Source of the DNA: Nitrospirota bacterium | GTDB lineage: Bacteria > Nitrospirota > Thermodesulfovibrionia > Thermodesulfovibrionales > Dissulfurispiraceae | NCBI GenBank assembly: GCA_963790025.1 | Contig: CAWBMP010000004.1 | Location: 896,001 to 960,000, forward strand | Direction: 5' to 3' | DNA length: 64,000 bases | Shown: one piece after another, positions 19,596-29,330 of the stretch | How the letters are laid out: every line of letters begins with the position of its first letter | Numbering within the stretch: position 1 is the stretch's first letter | Made by a program: the position numbers and the translations under genes | Notes under the pieces: generated by a model | The model's input: only the letters and a program-made list of their open reading frames with translations | Databases searched by the model: none | What the model was told of the DNA's origin: nothing

Positions 19596-19724
19596 TTAAA
19601 TCTCTCCTCCAACCGCCTGATTGTAAGGTTTTTGTTTAGTCGGTTTTCCTGACGGCACATTGTCCAGAATATCAACCGCCCTGGCCTAGTGCGCCGGTGC
19701 AAGATGAGACGCAAAGGTGCGTCT
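19596..19724 (-). pseudogene. Integrase C-terminal relic
   Basis: Translates RRTFASHLAPAH*ARAVDILDNVP...; matches the intact integrase ends RHTFASHL and HLAPSHKVKAVDILDN. Confidence 0.85.
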
Positions 19725-19830
19725 GGCCTGATATGCCTGTTACTGTTATAATAACTCTTCTCTTGATAATTTAATTTTTAGATGATATTCTAAACTGTAT
19801 GTTAAAAAAACAATTCCCTGTCGGCCTATT

Positions 19831-20298
19831 ATGGACGTAAGAGATAACACTTTCAATTTAAAGTGCGAGATGCTCAAGAAAACCAAGTGGGTGAGCGATT
19901 TCACATTGCAGGAGATTGAGGAGTTTGCCGACTACCTGCATATTGTAAATGCGATAAAGGATACACATATATTCAATGAGGGCGACGAAGACTCCTTCAT
20001 GTGTCTTATCGTAGAAGGCAGTATCTCAATAGTGAAAGAGGCTTACAGTGGCATGAAGAAGACCGTAACTATTCTGTACAACGGAACCTTCGGGGAGATG
20101 GCTCTCATCGACGGAAATCCCCGCTCCGCTTCCGCCTTAGCCGTTGAAAATAGCATCCTTCTGACGCTGAACAACTTGCATTTCAAGCAACTCCTTGCCA
20201 ATAGCCCGAACTTGGGAATAAAAATCCTGTTAAAACTATCACAGCTCATGAGCCAGCGGCTCCGCTCAACCACAGACATGCTGATTGATTACCTGTAG
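19831..20298 (+). CDS. Stand-alone cyclic nucleotide-binding domain protein
   Basis: IFNEGD, FGEMALIDGNPRSASA; no HTH. Confidence 0.9.
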   Translation: MDVRDNTFNLKCEMLKKTKWVSDFTLQEIEEFADYLHIVNAIKDTHIFNEGDEDSFMCLIVEGSISIVKEAYSGMKKTVTILYNGTFGEMALIDGNPRSASALAVENSILLTLNNLHFKQLLANSPNLGIKILLKLSQLMSQRLRSTTDMLIDYL

Positions 20299-20364
20299 CA
20301 ACTGCCACTTCTTGCCTCTGAATGGGTCAGGCTTTTTAGGTTTCATAGATTTTTAAATTATAAA

Positions 20365-20398
20365 ACCCCTAAGTCAGGCTTACCTAACTTAGGGGTAT
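20365..20398. terminator. Hairpin between convergent genes
   Basis: ACCCCTAAGT...ACTTAGGGGT with A/T-rich flanks. Confidence 0.7.
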
Positions 20399-20497
20399 AT
20401 TTTTTTATTTTATAACATCCTTCAAAGATCACAGCTGTGCGTATTCCAAGCCACTGCCACATTTGTTTATTAAGCATTCAGTTACCTTAAGCTTTCA

Positions 20498-21418
20498 TTA
20501 ACCGTCTTTCTTAATAACAGCTATCAGTTCGTCTCTGACCTTCTCCCATTGATCTATGGGAACCTGACAGGTCCCGACAACTGCGTGGCCCCCTCCACCG
20601 TATTTGAGCATCAGAGATCCTACATTTGTTTTTGAGGTCCGGTTAATTATGCTGTGTCCGCAGGTAATTACCATGTTCTGTTTTTTAAACCCCCATATGA
20701 TTCTCATCGAAATATTCTGATCAGGGAACAGAACGTATTCCTTGAACCGGTTTCCGCAAAGAATTTCTTCTACATTGTGAAGATCGATAATCAGTACATT
20801 CCCATCCGCCTTGCTGTTTGCATTGATCATCGCTTCGTACGCTTTTTCCTGTTCATAATACCGTTTAATGCGTTCCTGCACATCCGGCTTGCTGAGAATC
20901 TCTTCCACATCCATTTCACGACAGTATTTTATCATGTCTTCCATGAGATTATAATTTGAGATCCTGTAGTCCCGATATCTTCCCAATCCTGTGCGGGGAT
21001 CCATTATAAATGAAAGCAATATCCAACCTTTCGGATTTGTAATGTCTTCTGCCGTCAAATTCCCGCTGTCACTCTTATCAACCGAAACCATCAATCCGTT
21101 TTCATCATATCTGGCAAATTTTGCAGCACCGCCATAATAATCGTATATGACTCTGGCACAACTGGGCGCAACTTCAGACTTGCCTTTAAATTCGAGTCTC
21201 GATTCCAGCCGTTCTTTTTCGCTGGAATGATGATCAAACCACAAACCGCAACCGGAGACATATGGAATGTTCGCAAGAACGTCATTTTTGGTAACAGTAA
21301 CCTTTCCGTCCTGAATATCCTTGGGGTGAACAAACGTATATTCATCCACCACACCAGCTTCCACGAGTAAAACCGCACACACAAGACCGTCGTAGTCCGA
21401 CCGGGTTAATAGCCTCAT
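20498..21418 (-). CDS. DHH-family phosphoesterase (exopolyphosphatase/nanoRNase-like)
   Basis: TRSDYDG, FDHH, GGGGH motifs. Confidence 0.88.
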   Translation of the reverse strand: MRLLTRSDYDGLVCAVLLVEAGVVDEYTFVHPKDIQDGKVTVTKNDVLANIPYVSGCGLWFDHHSSEKERLESRLEFKGKSEVAPSCARVIYDYYGGAAKFARYDENGLMVSVDKSDSGNLTAEDITNPKGWILLSFIMDPRTGLGRYRDYRISNYNLMEDMIKYCREMDVEEILSKPDVQERIKRYYEQEKAYEAMINANSKADGNVLIIDLHNVEEILCGNRFKEYVLFPDQNISMRIIWGFKKQNMVITCGHSIINRTSKTNVGSLMLKYGGGGHAVVGTCQVPIDQWEKVRDELIAVIKKDG

Positions 21419-21439
21419 AATTTGATCCTCCTATAACAA

Positions 21440-21573
21440 TTTGTCGTCAAGAACGCCAAAAGATCCGGCTGATCTTTACCCATAGCAAGCATCTATTTAT
21501 TTGCCCTGGACAGACTATAATCGGCAACCGCATGCCAGGTTTTCTCTACGAATTCTTCTGATATGGGTTCCAT
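21440..21573 (-). pseudogene. Fragment of a hypothetical gene with an internal stop
   Basis: GGAG RBS, then MEPISEEFVEKTWHAVADYSLSRANK*MLAMGKDQPDLLAFLT reading through a TAG and breaking off. Confidence 0.5.
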
Positions 21574-21997
21574 CTTACAAATCTCCCCGTTAGAACTTTT
21601 ATTCGAACCATCCATATTATACCTGATTTTGTGGCCCTGATAAATGAAAGGCACTTTGCCGACCTCATAAAGGGACCGGTAAACCCGTAAGCTTCCCCTC
21701 CAAGTAGACAGCATATAAGTAAAGCTTGCTGAAGCAGTGTGAATGCCATATTTACTGTAGTAAAAATGTAGCAGAACATATCGAGAGCACAAAAAATACC
21801 GAACATACCGAATGGTGAATGAGGTCATCCCTTAGTTATTGACATTCTCAATTAAAGAATTCCCTGAATATCAAATATCAATGTGTTTAACCCTAGCGAC
21901 CCTGATGACCCGTAATAATATCCCCACTCTTGATAATTTACTTTTCAGGTGATATTCTTAATAGTATGTTTAAAAAACAATTCCCTATCGGCCTATT

Positions 21998-22468
21998 ATG
22001 GACTTAAGAGGCGACGCTTTCTATCTAAAGTGCGAGATGCTCAAGAAAACCCAGTGGGCAAGCGACTTCACATTAGGTGAGATTGAACAGTTTGCCGACT
22101 ACCTGTTTGTTGTGCATGCGCTAAAGGATATGCCTGTTTTCAGTGAGGGCGACGAAGACGCCTTCATGTGTCTTATCGTAGAAGGCAGCATCTCCATAGT
22201 AAAAGAGGATTACAGCGGCATGAAGAAGACCATAACTACTCTGCACGACGGAAATACCTTCGGAGAGATAGCACTTATCGACGGAAGTCCCCGCTCCGCT
22301 TCCGCCATCGCCGTTGAAAATAGCACTCTTCTTACACTCCACAACATGTATTTCAAGCAACTCCTCGACAATAGCCCGAACCTGGGAATAAAGATCTTGT
22401 TCAAACTCGCACGGCTCATGAGCCAGAGGCTTCGCGTAACCACAGACATGCTGATTGATTACCTGTAG
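21998..22468 (+). CDS. Stand-alone cyclic nucleotide-binding domain protein (duplicate of 19831..20298)
   Basis: FGEIALIDGSPRSASA; near-collinear with the first copy. Confidence 0.9.
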   Translation: MDLRGDAFYLKCEMLKKTQWASDFTLGEIEQFADYLFVVHALKDMPVFSEGDEDAFMCLIVEGSISIVKEDYSGMKKTITTLHDGNTFGEIALIDGSPRSASAIAVENSTLLTLHNMYFKQLLDNSPNLGIKILFKLARLMSQRLRVTTDMLIDYL

Positions 22469-22496
22469 CAATCGTATGGCGCTCCGCTGTTACAGA

Positions 22497-22871
22497 TTAT
22501 ATTCTATCAATGCGTATCTTTTTAGCTCCCTGTGCTTTTTTTAGGACGGTCGGGTCCCCGTTAATTTTCCCTACAAGGTTCACCGCGCTTGCAGGCACGG
22601 GGTCGGGACCGCTGCTCATAGGTGTAGGGCCAAAGAATATGGCGAGTGCGTTGCCGGGAGGCCAGTAGCCTATATCTCCGGCCTTGACCTTGGTTGTTGC
22701 TGTTCCGTCCAGAGGCATTTTGACCGCTATTTCAAAATAAAACTCATCGCCCCATTCATTAGGGCATGTCACAATGGGCAGAGCTTCTGAAATAGCCTTT
22801 GCACAGGAGGTATCGAAGAGTTCAGCATCCACCCTGATGTTGTGAACGGCTATCCTGATTTTTTCAGACAT
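22497..22871 (-). CDS. Cyclophilin-like fold protein (DUF369-like)
   Basis: WGDEFYF, GDIGYWPPGNALAIFFGPTP. Confidence 0.85.
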   Translation of the reverse strand: MSEKIRIAVHNIRVDAELFDTSCAKAISEALPIVTCPNEWGDEFYFEIAVKMPLDGTATTKVKAGDIGYWPPGNALAIFFGPTPMSSGPDPVPASAVNLVGKINGDPTVLKKAQGAKKIRIDRI

Positions 22872-22984
22872 TTCTGTTACTCCTCCTATCATATAATGAA
22901 ATTATAGCCTAAATAGGGTTGGCTGTGATAATATTCCATCCATTAACTGTAAGTCTTTGCGTGAAATTCTTATGGGAGGGGAAA

Positions 22985-24601
22985 ATGCAAAAAGAAAATG
23001 GGAAAGTGGCCTTATTATCTGTGTATCAAAAGACAGGCATCGTTGAGTTTGCCAAAGCGTTAGTGGGTCTCGGCTGGAGGATACTGGCTTCGGGAGGAAC
23101 AGCCAAATCAATATCTGAAGCAGGCATACCGGTCCAGGATGTGGCCTCACTCGTAGGCGGCCAGGCTATACTTGGGCATAGAGTTGTCACCCTGTCCCGG
23201 GAAGTGCATGCCGGGTTGCTGGCGAGAGAAACTGAAGAAGATGCAAAAGAGATGGAACAACTCGGGATTCCCTATATCGATCTGGTGTGCGTTGATCTAT
23301 ACCCGTTGTACGATGAAATCAAAAAGCCGGGAAGTACGTTAGAATCGGTAATCGAAAAAACTGATATCGGCGGACCGACCATGCTGCGTTCCGCGGCCAA
23401 GGGACGAAGAATTGTCATCTGCGACCCTGCCGATAGAAAATTAGTAATCGAATGGTTAAAAAAAGGTCAGCCGGATAAGGACAAAGTCATTACAAGGCTT
23501 TGCGCAAAGGCAGAATTTATAGTTTCCGAGTACTGCCTGGCTTCGGCAAGATATCATAGCGCCGGCGAACTTGACGGCTTGGTTGGGACCAAAATATTGA
23601 CTTGCAAATACGGCGAGAACGGCTACCAGACCCCCGCCGGGCTGCATAGCTGCGGGACAGACGACCACCTGGCATTGAACAGGTTTGAACAGGTTGCCGG
23701 AGATTCGCCAAGCTACAATAATCTTTGCGATATCGACCGGCTGCTGCAGACAGTTACTCATATTGCTGCCGCCTTTAAGTTCAACATGACAACTATGCCT
23801 AATATTGCGGTCGCAGTCAAGCATGGCAATCCTTGCGGGGCCTCGGTCGGGAAAAAAATAGACGATACTTTGAAAAAAATGATTGTTGGAGATAGGCGGG
23901 CTATTTTCGGCGGTCTGGTGATGACTAATTTTCATATCGGCGTCAAAGAAGCAAAAATTTTACTGACCTATCAGATGGATAAAGGAAAAAGACGTCTTCT
24001 CGACGGCATAATAGCGCCATCCTTCGATCATGAGGCAGTGAAGATGCTCGAACGAAAAGGAGACAAATGCCGGTTCATATCTAATTCAGCCCTGGCGCAT
24101 TTAGACCAAAGCAGTCTCGATCTTGCTCCTCGTTTCCGTTATGTGCGCGGCGGTTTCTTAAAACAGCCGAACTACTCGTTCGTGCCTGATCTTAATGCTA
24201 CCGAGTTGGAGAAGATGGGGAAAATAACGGACCGCGACTATTCCAACGTTCTGATAGCATGGGCCATCGGATCAACCAGTAACAGTAATACGGTTACCCT
24301 GGTAAAGGATGGATACCTTATCGGCAACGGTACCGGACAGCAGGACCGTGTAGGAGGTTGCAAGTTGGCCGTAAGTAGGGCTAAGGATGCAGGACATGAA
24401 ACAAAAGGGGCGGTTGCATATAGCGACAGTTTCTTCCCTTTTACAGACGGACCGGCAGTTTTGGCCAAGGCAGGCATAAAAACAATTTTCGCCTCCGGCG
24501 GGTCGGTCATGGACAAGGATGTCAAGGCTTTTTGTCTAAAAAAGAATATATCTTTGGTCCTTATTCCCGACAGAATCGGCCGCGGTTTTTTTGGTCACTA
24601 A
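22985..24601 (+). CDS. purH: Bifunctional AICAR transformylase/IMP cyclohydrolase (divergent)
   Basis: ALLSV, SGGTA, DIGGPTMLRSAAK, YGEN, VKHGNPCG, SDSFFPF. Confidence 0.9.
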   Translation: MQKENGKVALLSVYQKTGIVEFAKALVGLGWRILASGGTAKSISEAGIPVQDVASLVGGQAILGHRVVTLSREVHAGLLARETEEDAKEMEQLGIPYIDLVCVDLYPLYDEIKKPGSTLESVIEKTDIGGPTMLRSAAKGRRIVICDPADRKLVIEWLKKGQPDKDKVITRLCAKAEFIVSEYCLASARYHSAGELDGLVGTKILTCKYGENGYQTPAGLHSCGTDDHLALNRFEQVAGDSPSYNNLCDIDRLLQTVTHIAAAFKFNMTTMPNIAVAVKHGNPCGASVGKKIDDTLKKMIVGDRRAIFGGLVMTNFHIGVKEAKILLTYQMDKGKRRLLDGIIAPSFDHEAVKMLERKGDKCRFISNSALAHLDQSSLDLAPRFRYVRGGFLKQPNYSFVPDLNATELEKMGKITDRDYSNVLIAWAIGSTSNSNTVTLVKDGYLIGNGTGQQDRVGGCKLAVSRAKDAGHETKGAVAYSDSFFPFTDGPAVLAKAGIKTIFASGGSVMDKDVKAFCLKKNISLVLIPDRIGRGFFGH

Positions 24602-24612
24602 TATTATGGGTT

Positions 24613-24646
24613 GCGGGGGTTATTTTATTTATATATAACCCCCGCC
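24613..24646. terminator. Hairpin between convergent genes
   Basis: GCGGGGGTTAT...ATAACCCCCGC. Confidence 0.7.
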
Positions 24647-24648
24647 CT

Positions 24649-25119
24649 TTAACTTATGGCAACTTTTATCACTACCTTAAATACTTTAGACGGTGTTGTG
24701 ACGGCCAATCTTGGGGCATGACCGTCGTCGGGATAAAGTATAGCCAACTGGCCTGCCTGCAAGTAGACTGATGCAATTTGATTTTTGGGCGCCTTACCGA
24801 AAGAAATATCTCTTTCCACATTATATGCTTCAAGATCCGTCATCAGGGCGGCAGGGGCCCAGCCGATAATCTCTTCGCCGGACACGATATACTGAATGTC
24901 GATGTACTTTTGATGGCATTCGAATTTTGGAACATCCGCAATTACCGTCTCATAGCTTTGAAACAGAGCATAAACACTTTGTCCCTCGATTTCTACCTTG
25001 CCGTCAGTCCACCTATCAGGACTAAAGGTATCCAATCTCCGCAGGAAGTCAATCCCTTTATTCAGGGGGCCTGTCATTAAAACCTGCTGATCAATATGAT
25101 TAAGGTCGGTAGCAATCAT
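24649..25119 (-). CDS. YhcH/YjgK/YiaL family protein
   Basis: ECHQKYIDIQY..SGEE, YPDDGHAP, KVVIK. Confidence 0.9.
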   Translation of the reverse strand: MIATDLNHIDQQVLMTGPLNKGIDFLRRLDTFSPDRWTDGKVEIEGQSVYALFQSYETVIADVPKFECHQKYIDIQYIVSGEEIIGWAPAALMTDLEAYNVERDISFGKAPKNQIASVYLQAGQLAILYPDDGHAPRLAVTTPSKVFKVVIKVAIS

Positions 25120-25236
25120 CTTTTCTCCTTTTCCGTTTAAAAATAGTCGTGAGCAGACTTAATTGTATCAGGTGGAAATCTACGAGGTCAAGGATTGGAT
25201 TGTCAACAGTCAGATTGTTCTGGTATCATTTGGATC

Positions 25237-25638
25237 ATGACAAAAAAAGTGGTCTGCGCAGGAACATTTGATCATTTTCACCCCGGGCATAGAGACTTTC
25301 TCAAGCAAGCCCGGAGCTTGGGCGATGAGTTGACGGTAATCGTGGCGAGAGACGAGACTGTAAAAAGGATTAAAGGTTTTTTGCCCACCCATGATGAACA
25401 AATGAGAAAGCATAATGTCGAGGAGTCGGGCATACCGGAACTCGTGATTCTGGGAAATCTCGACACCGACCTCTTCCAGATCCTTCAGGAACTCAGGCCC
25501 GATATTATAGCGCTCGGCTATGACCAGCGAGTTTCCGAGGAGGAAATAGCAAAGAGGTTCCCCTCCTGCACAATAATAAGGCTCTGTTCATTTGAACCCG
25601 ACCATTACAAGTCATCCTTCTACCGCCAGAAAAGCTAG
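25237..25638 (+). CDS. Cytidylyltransferase-family protein (RibL-type FAD synthase-like)
   Basis: GTFDHFHPGH, VIVARD, PDIIALGYDQ, YKSS. Confidence 0.8.
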   Translation: MTKKVVCAGTFDHFHPGHRDFLKQARSLGDELTVIVARDETVKRIKGFLPTHDEQMRKHNVEESGIPELVILGNLDTDLFQILQELRPDIIALGYDQRVSEEEIAKRFPSCTIIRLCSFEPDHYKSSFYRQKS

Positions 25639-25651
25639 CAGAAAATAAAAT

Positions 25652-25674
25652 GGGGATCCCGAAAGGGGATCCCC
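25652..25674. terminator. Hairpin after atpE
   Basis: GGGGATCCC-GAAAG-GGGATCCCC with T-rich tail on the minus strand. Confidence 0.75.
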
Positions 25675-25694
25675 AAGGTAGTAAAGGTGTGAAA

Positions 25695-26048
25695 TTAAAT
25701 CTTTAAAGGATTAACAAAGAGAATAATAAGCACAACAACAAGCGCGTAAATAGCAAGAGACTCGATCATCGCAAGACCGATAATAAGGGTTGTGGTAATC
25801 TTGCCTGATGCACCGGGGTTCCTTGCGATACCTTCGGCTGCACCCTTTAAACCAAGACCCTGACCAATTGCTGCCCCGAAAGCGGCAATACCGATGGCAA
25901 GACCAAGGCCAAGCACTACAACGCCGTTGTACAACGGTTTTGCGCCTGCGGCTGCTGCAGGAGCGGCCTCTTCAGCAGCGAGTGCAAGAGGTGCAAACAC
26001 TGCGAGTGCAATAAGTACTATAAGAGTGAGAGAGATCAGCTTCTTCAT
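25695..26048 (-). CDS. atpE: ATP synthase F0 subunit c with N-terminal signal-like extension
   Basis: GxxxGxG helix, ARNP loop, [17 protein letters not shown]. Confidence 0.95.
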   Translation of the reverse strand: MKKLISLTLIVLIALAVFAPLALAAEEAAPAAAAGAKPLYNGVVVLGLGLAIGIAAFGAAIGQGLGLKGAAEGIARNPGASGKITTTLIIGLAMIESLAIYALVVVLIILFVNPLKI

Positions 26049-26076
26049 TGTCCATTCCTCCTTTCTACGAGATAGT

Positions 26077-26757
26077 TTAATGTGCCTCTTCAACCGCACC
26101 TGCCAAATATAGGCAGGTAAGGAGAATAAACACATATGCCTGAATTACACTAACAAGCACGCCTAGTCCCAGAATAACGCAAGGCACTATAATCGGTGCC
26201 AGAATGCCCAGAATCACGAGAATCATATGCTTTGCTATCATGTTGCCAAAAAGCCTGACAGAAAGCGTTAAAGGGCGCACCAGGTGGCCTATGAGTTCAA
26301 TAAAAAACATGAGAATCATTAGCGGCAATGCAACAATGGATCTGACAGGTCCGAGAAAATGATATAAATACTTGGGCCCGTGGACTTTTATACCGTAATA
26401 ATGCGTGGCCAAAAATACCGGGATCGCCATTGAGGCGGTCATGTTGATATTGCTAGTCGGAGATTCAAACCCCGGGATGAGTCCCATTAAATTACAGAGC
26501 GCAATGTAGAGGAACAGAGTGCCGATAAGAGGATAAAACGTCCCGGCCCAGTGGTGGCCGATGGTCGAATTCGACAGGTCAAGCGAGAATTCAGCAGCCG
26601 ACTCCATCACATTCTGCAGCCCGGAAGGGACCAGAGTGATTTTGTTTCTCAATGCCAATGCGAGACCGATAAGAATGATCATCGCAAGCCAGGAATACGA
26701 GACATAAGGGGGTATAGAGGGCAATAACATTTCTAAAAATGGGGGTGTTTCATGCAT
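26077..26757 (-). CDS. atpB: ATP synthase F0 subunit a
   Basis: [27 protein letters not shown]. Confidence 0.95.
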   Translation of the reverse strand: MHETPPFLEMLLPSIPPYVSYSWLAMIILIGLALALRNKITLVPSGLQNVMESAAEFSLDLSNSTIGHHWAGTFYPLIGTLFLYIALCNLMGLIPGFESPTSNINMTASMAIPVFLATHYYGIKVHGPKYLYHFLGPVRSIVALPLMILMFFIELIGHLVRPLTLSVRLFGNMIAKHMILVILGILAPIIVPCVILGLGVLVSVIQAYVFILLTCLYLAGAVEEAH

Positions 26758-27014
26758 ACTCTTCTCCTTCTGGCCTCCTTCTGCTAAATATACAGGCAGC
26801 CACTACGATATGGATTAGTACCGAATAAAAGATAAACGTAATGGCTATATTAAATTTAAAGCTATTTAAAAGTCAATGCTTAAAGCAGTTAAGTTTTTTA
26901 ATTCTGATATAAGATTTTGTAATTGAATAATAGGCTAAAGGGAAAAAAGGCAAATGTTTTTTTGTTCTGTATTTTGCCTTTAGCCCCGATTTTTTAGCCT
27001 TTTACCTTATTATT

Positions 27015-27878
27015 TTATAGTAACAGCATGGAACCCCTTGAGAGTCCAAGCTCTTTTGATACCACATCGCACTTTGCCTGTAAAAGGAAAAAGATTTCCT
27101 TACTCTCATTATTGCCGTCGCTGGGACCATGACAGTCCAGGGTCTCGAAATTGCCCTGACCCTTGCTTATAATAAAATCGGCCTCGCTGAACCTGCGGTT
27201 AAAATCCGGAGATGTCATGTCCAGAATCGTACCGATACAATCACACCCGTTATCAATAACCTCACATAGTTCCGTCAATCCGGCTTCAGCAGCATCCTTC
27301 GCTGTCGAGTCGTTCAGCACCGCAGAGCCTTTCACCACTGCCGTTACTTTTTTACCCAGAGCCAGCAGAACCTCGATCAGCAGCCTGTCAAAAACTATCT
27401 CTCCGGAGTTATCCAGGAGGTAAAACACGCTGTCATGCCTGTCCACCGCACGCCTTAACCGGTCGTAATGGTCTATGGTAATAGGATTGTTCAAAGCTCG
27501 TTCGACAGTGCCGCTAACGTCGACCGAACTGAATATGCCGAAATCGATAATATTGCCCGCTATGGCAAGGCGCGCGGCGGTCCAAAGGGGATCGCCGCTC
27601 TTAAGTACGAGCGTCCTGAGTTCAGGATAAAGGCTGAGCGCCGCCCGGTTGTATTCGGATTTTATATCCTTGAACGGGTCTTTTCCGAGGAGTTGCCGTA
27701 TCTTCCGGTGCATAAAGGTAGTCGAATACGCCGGTGATTTAGACATATCAGTCGCCCTTATTTCGTCAGTAACGCCCTTCAGCACTGCTGCTTGCAGCGC
27801 TTCGTCTTTTGTGCCGAGCCTGACCGCAATTAATGTCTGTTTGAAAAAACAGGGAAAGCAATCTATATGAACTTTCAT
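27015..27878 (-). CDS. DUF89/ARMT1-like damage-control phosphatase
   Basis: CFPC, GNIID, DNSGE..FD, LND, KGQGNFE, AKC. Confidence 0.9.
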   Translation of the reverse strand: MKVHIDCFPCFFKQTLIAVRLGTKDEALQAAVLKGVTDEIRATDMSKSPAYSTTFMHRKIRQLLGKDPFKDIKSEYNRAALSLYPELRTLVLKSGDPLWTAARLAIAGNIIDFGIFSSVDVSGTVERALNNPITIDHYDRLRRAVDRHDSVFYLLDNSGEIVFDRLLIEVLLALGKKVTAVVKGSAVLNDSTAKDAAEAGLTELCEVIDNGCDCIGTILDMTSPDFNRRFSEADFIISKGQGNFETLDCHGPSDGNNESKEIFFLLQAKCDVVSKELGLSRGSMLLL

Positions 27879-27916
27879 TGCCTTTAACCTTTAGCCCTTT
27901 GCCTCTTGCCCATGTT

Positions 27917-29188
27917 TTACCTGTTAAGTGCTCTGTCTGCAATATCTTTTCTATAGTGCATGCCCTCAAACTTTATCTGCACGGCCGCTTTATACGCTTG
28001 CTCTTTTGCCTCCTTTATGTCTCTGCCGGTAGCCGTAACCCCCAGCACCCTGCCGCCGCTGGTGACAATATCGCCGTCATTGAATGTTGTGCCTGCATGA
28101 AACACGAAAACATTCTCCACCCCGTTGGCCTTTTCGAGTCCGCTTATCACCTTTCCCTTCTCATATATCCCGGGGTACCCTCCTGAGGCGAGTACAACAC
28201 ACACCGCCGCATCTTTTTTCCATTCGACCTTTATATCGGAAAGCCGTTCGTCCGCTATTGCCAGTGCAATATCCACAAAGTCCGTATCAAGTCTCGCAAG
28301 CACCGGCTGTGTCTCGGGGTCGCCCAGCCGGCAATTGAACTCCAGCACCGACGGTTTCCCGTCCTTGATCATCAAGCCGGCATAGAGAATGCCTTTGTAT
28401 TTTATTCCATCTTCCCTGAGCCCGTCGATTGTCGGTTGCATGACCTTTTCCATTACGAGGGTTTCCAGTTCTCCGGTAAGAACAGGAGCAGGGCTGTAGG
28501 CCCCCATCCCACCTGTGTTGGGACCCTTGTCATCATCAAAAACCCGTTTATGGTCCTGAGAACTTACCATCGGCACTATGGTACTGCCGTCGGTAAACAC
28601 CATGAACGACGCCTCCTCGCCTTGCAGACATTCCTCGACAATTACCCTGTTGCCCGCATCGCCGAATTCCCTGTCTTTCATAATGCGCTTTAGCGCCAGG
28701 ACCGCCTCATCCGTCGTGGCGGCGACAATAACTCCCTTGCCCGCGGCAAGGCCGTCGGCTTTTATTACAATAGGGGTGCCTTTCATCCTGACATAATCTT
28801 CGGCATGAAGATACGATGAAAAAACTTTGTATTCGGCACTCGGAATACGGTGTCTCCTCATAAATTCCTTTGAGAAAACCTTGCTCGCTTCGAGTTGGGC
28901 AGCAGCCTTTGTGGGCCCGATTATCTTCCTCCCTTCCCTCTCAAAGACATCGACAATCCCCCTGGAGAGGGGCTCTTCAGGTCCGACTATGGTGAGGTCT
29001 ATCCACTCATATCTGACAAGGTCGACCAGTTCATCAAAATTATTGCTGCTGATACCTATACACTCGGCCATTTCAGCGATTCCGGCATTGCCGGGAGCAC
29101 AGTAGATCTTGTCCACATGTCTTGATTGAGCGAGCTTCCAGACAATCGCATGTTCCCTTCCTCCGCCACCTATAACAAGAACCTTCAT
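27917..29188 (-). CDS. purD: Phosphoribosylamine-glycine ligase
   Basis: GGGGREHA, KADGLAAGKGV, GPNTGGMGAYSP, RLGDPETQ. Confidence 0.97.
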   Translation of the reverse strand: MKVLVIGGGGREHAIVWKLAQSRHVDKIYCAPGNAGIAEMAECIGISSNNFDELVDLVRYEWIDLTIVGPEEPLSRGIVDVFEREGRKIIGPTKAAAQLEASKVFSKEFMRRHRIPSAEYKVFSSYLHAEDYVRMKGTPIVIKADGLAAGKGVIVAATTDEAVLALKRIMKDREFGDAGNRVIVEECLQGEEASFMVFTDGSTIVPMVSSQDHKRVFDDDKGPNTGGMGAYSPAPVLTGELETLVMEKVMQPTIDGLREDGIKYKGILYAGLMIKDGKPSVLEFNCRLGDPETQPVLARLDTDFVDIALAIADERLSDIKVEWKKDAAVCVVLASGGYPGIYEKGKVISGLEKANGVENVFVFHAGTTFNDGDIVTSGGRVLGVTATGRDIKEAKEQAYKAAVQIKFEGMHYRKDIADRALNR

Positions 29189-29260
29189 TTTCCCCTCCCA
29201 AAAAGAAGTCAGCAAACAGTAAGCAGTATGAAGCAAGCAGAAAAAAATTACAAAAGTGTC

Positions 29261-29286
29261 GTCATTCCCGCGTAGGCGGGAATCCA
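29261..29286. repeat. REP-like palindrome
   Basis: GTCATTCCCGCGTAGGCGGGAATCCA (ATTCCCGC/GCGGGAAT stem). Confidence 0.75.
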
Positions 29287-29330
29287 TTCTTTCATAGAAT
29301 TTACTGCTTACTGCCTGCTGCTTACTTTTT

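Noticed and set aside
21493..21828. ORF-track ORFs 21493..21828 and 21546..21806 as real genes
   Set aside because: They run across the att-arm relic; only the 3' part from 21573 looks coding and it is broken.
22893..22984. Riboswitch upstream of purH (or of purD, purL, the methionine synthase)
   Set aside because: No recognisable ZTP, purine or SAM consensus by eye; an Rfam scan would be needed to exclude it.
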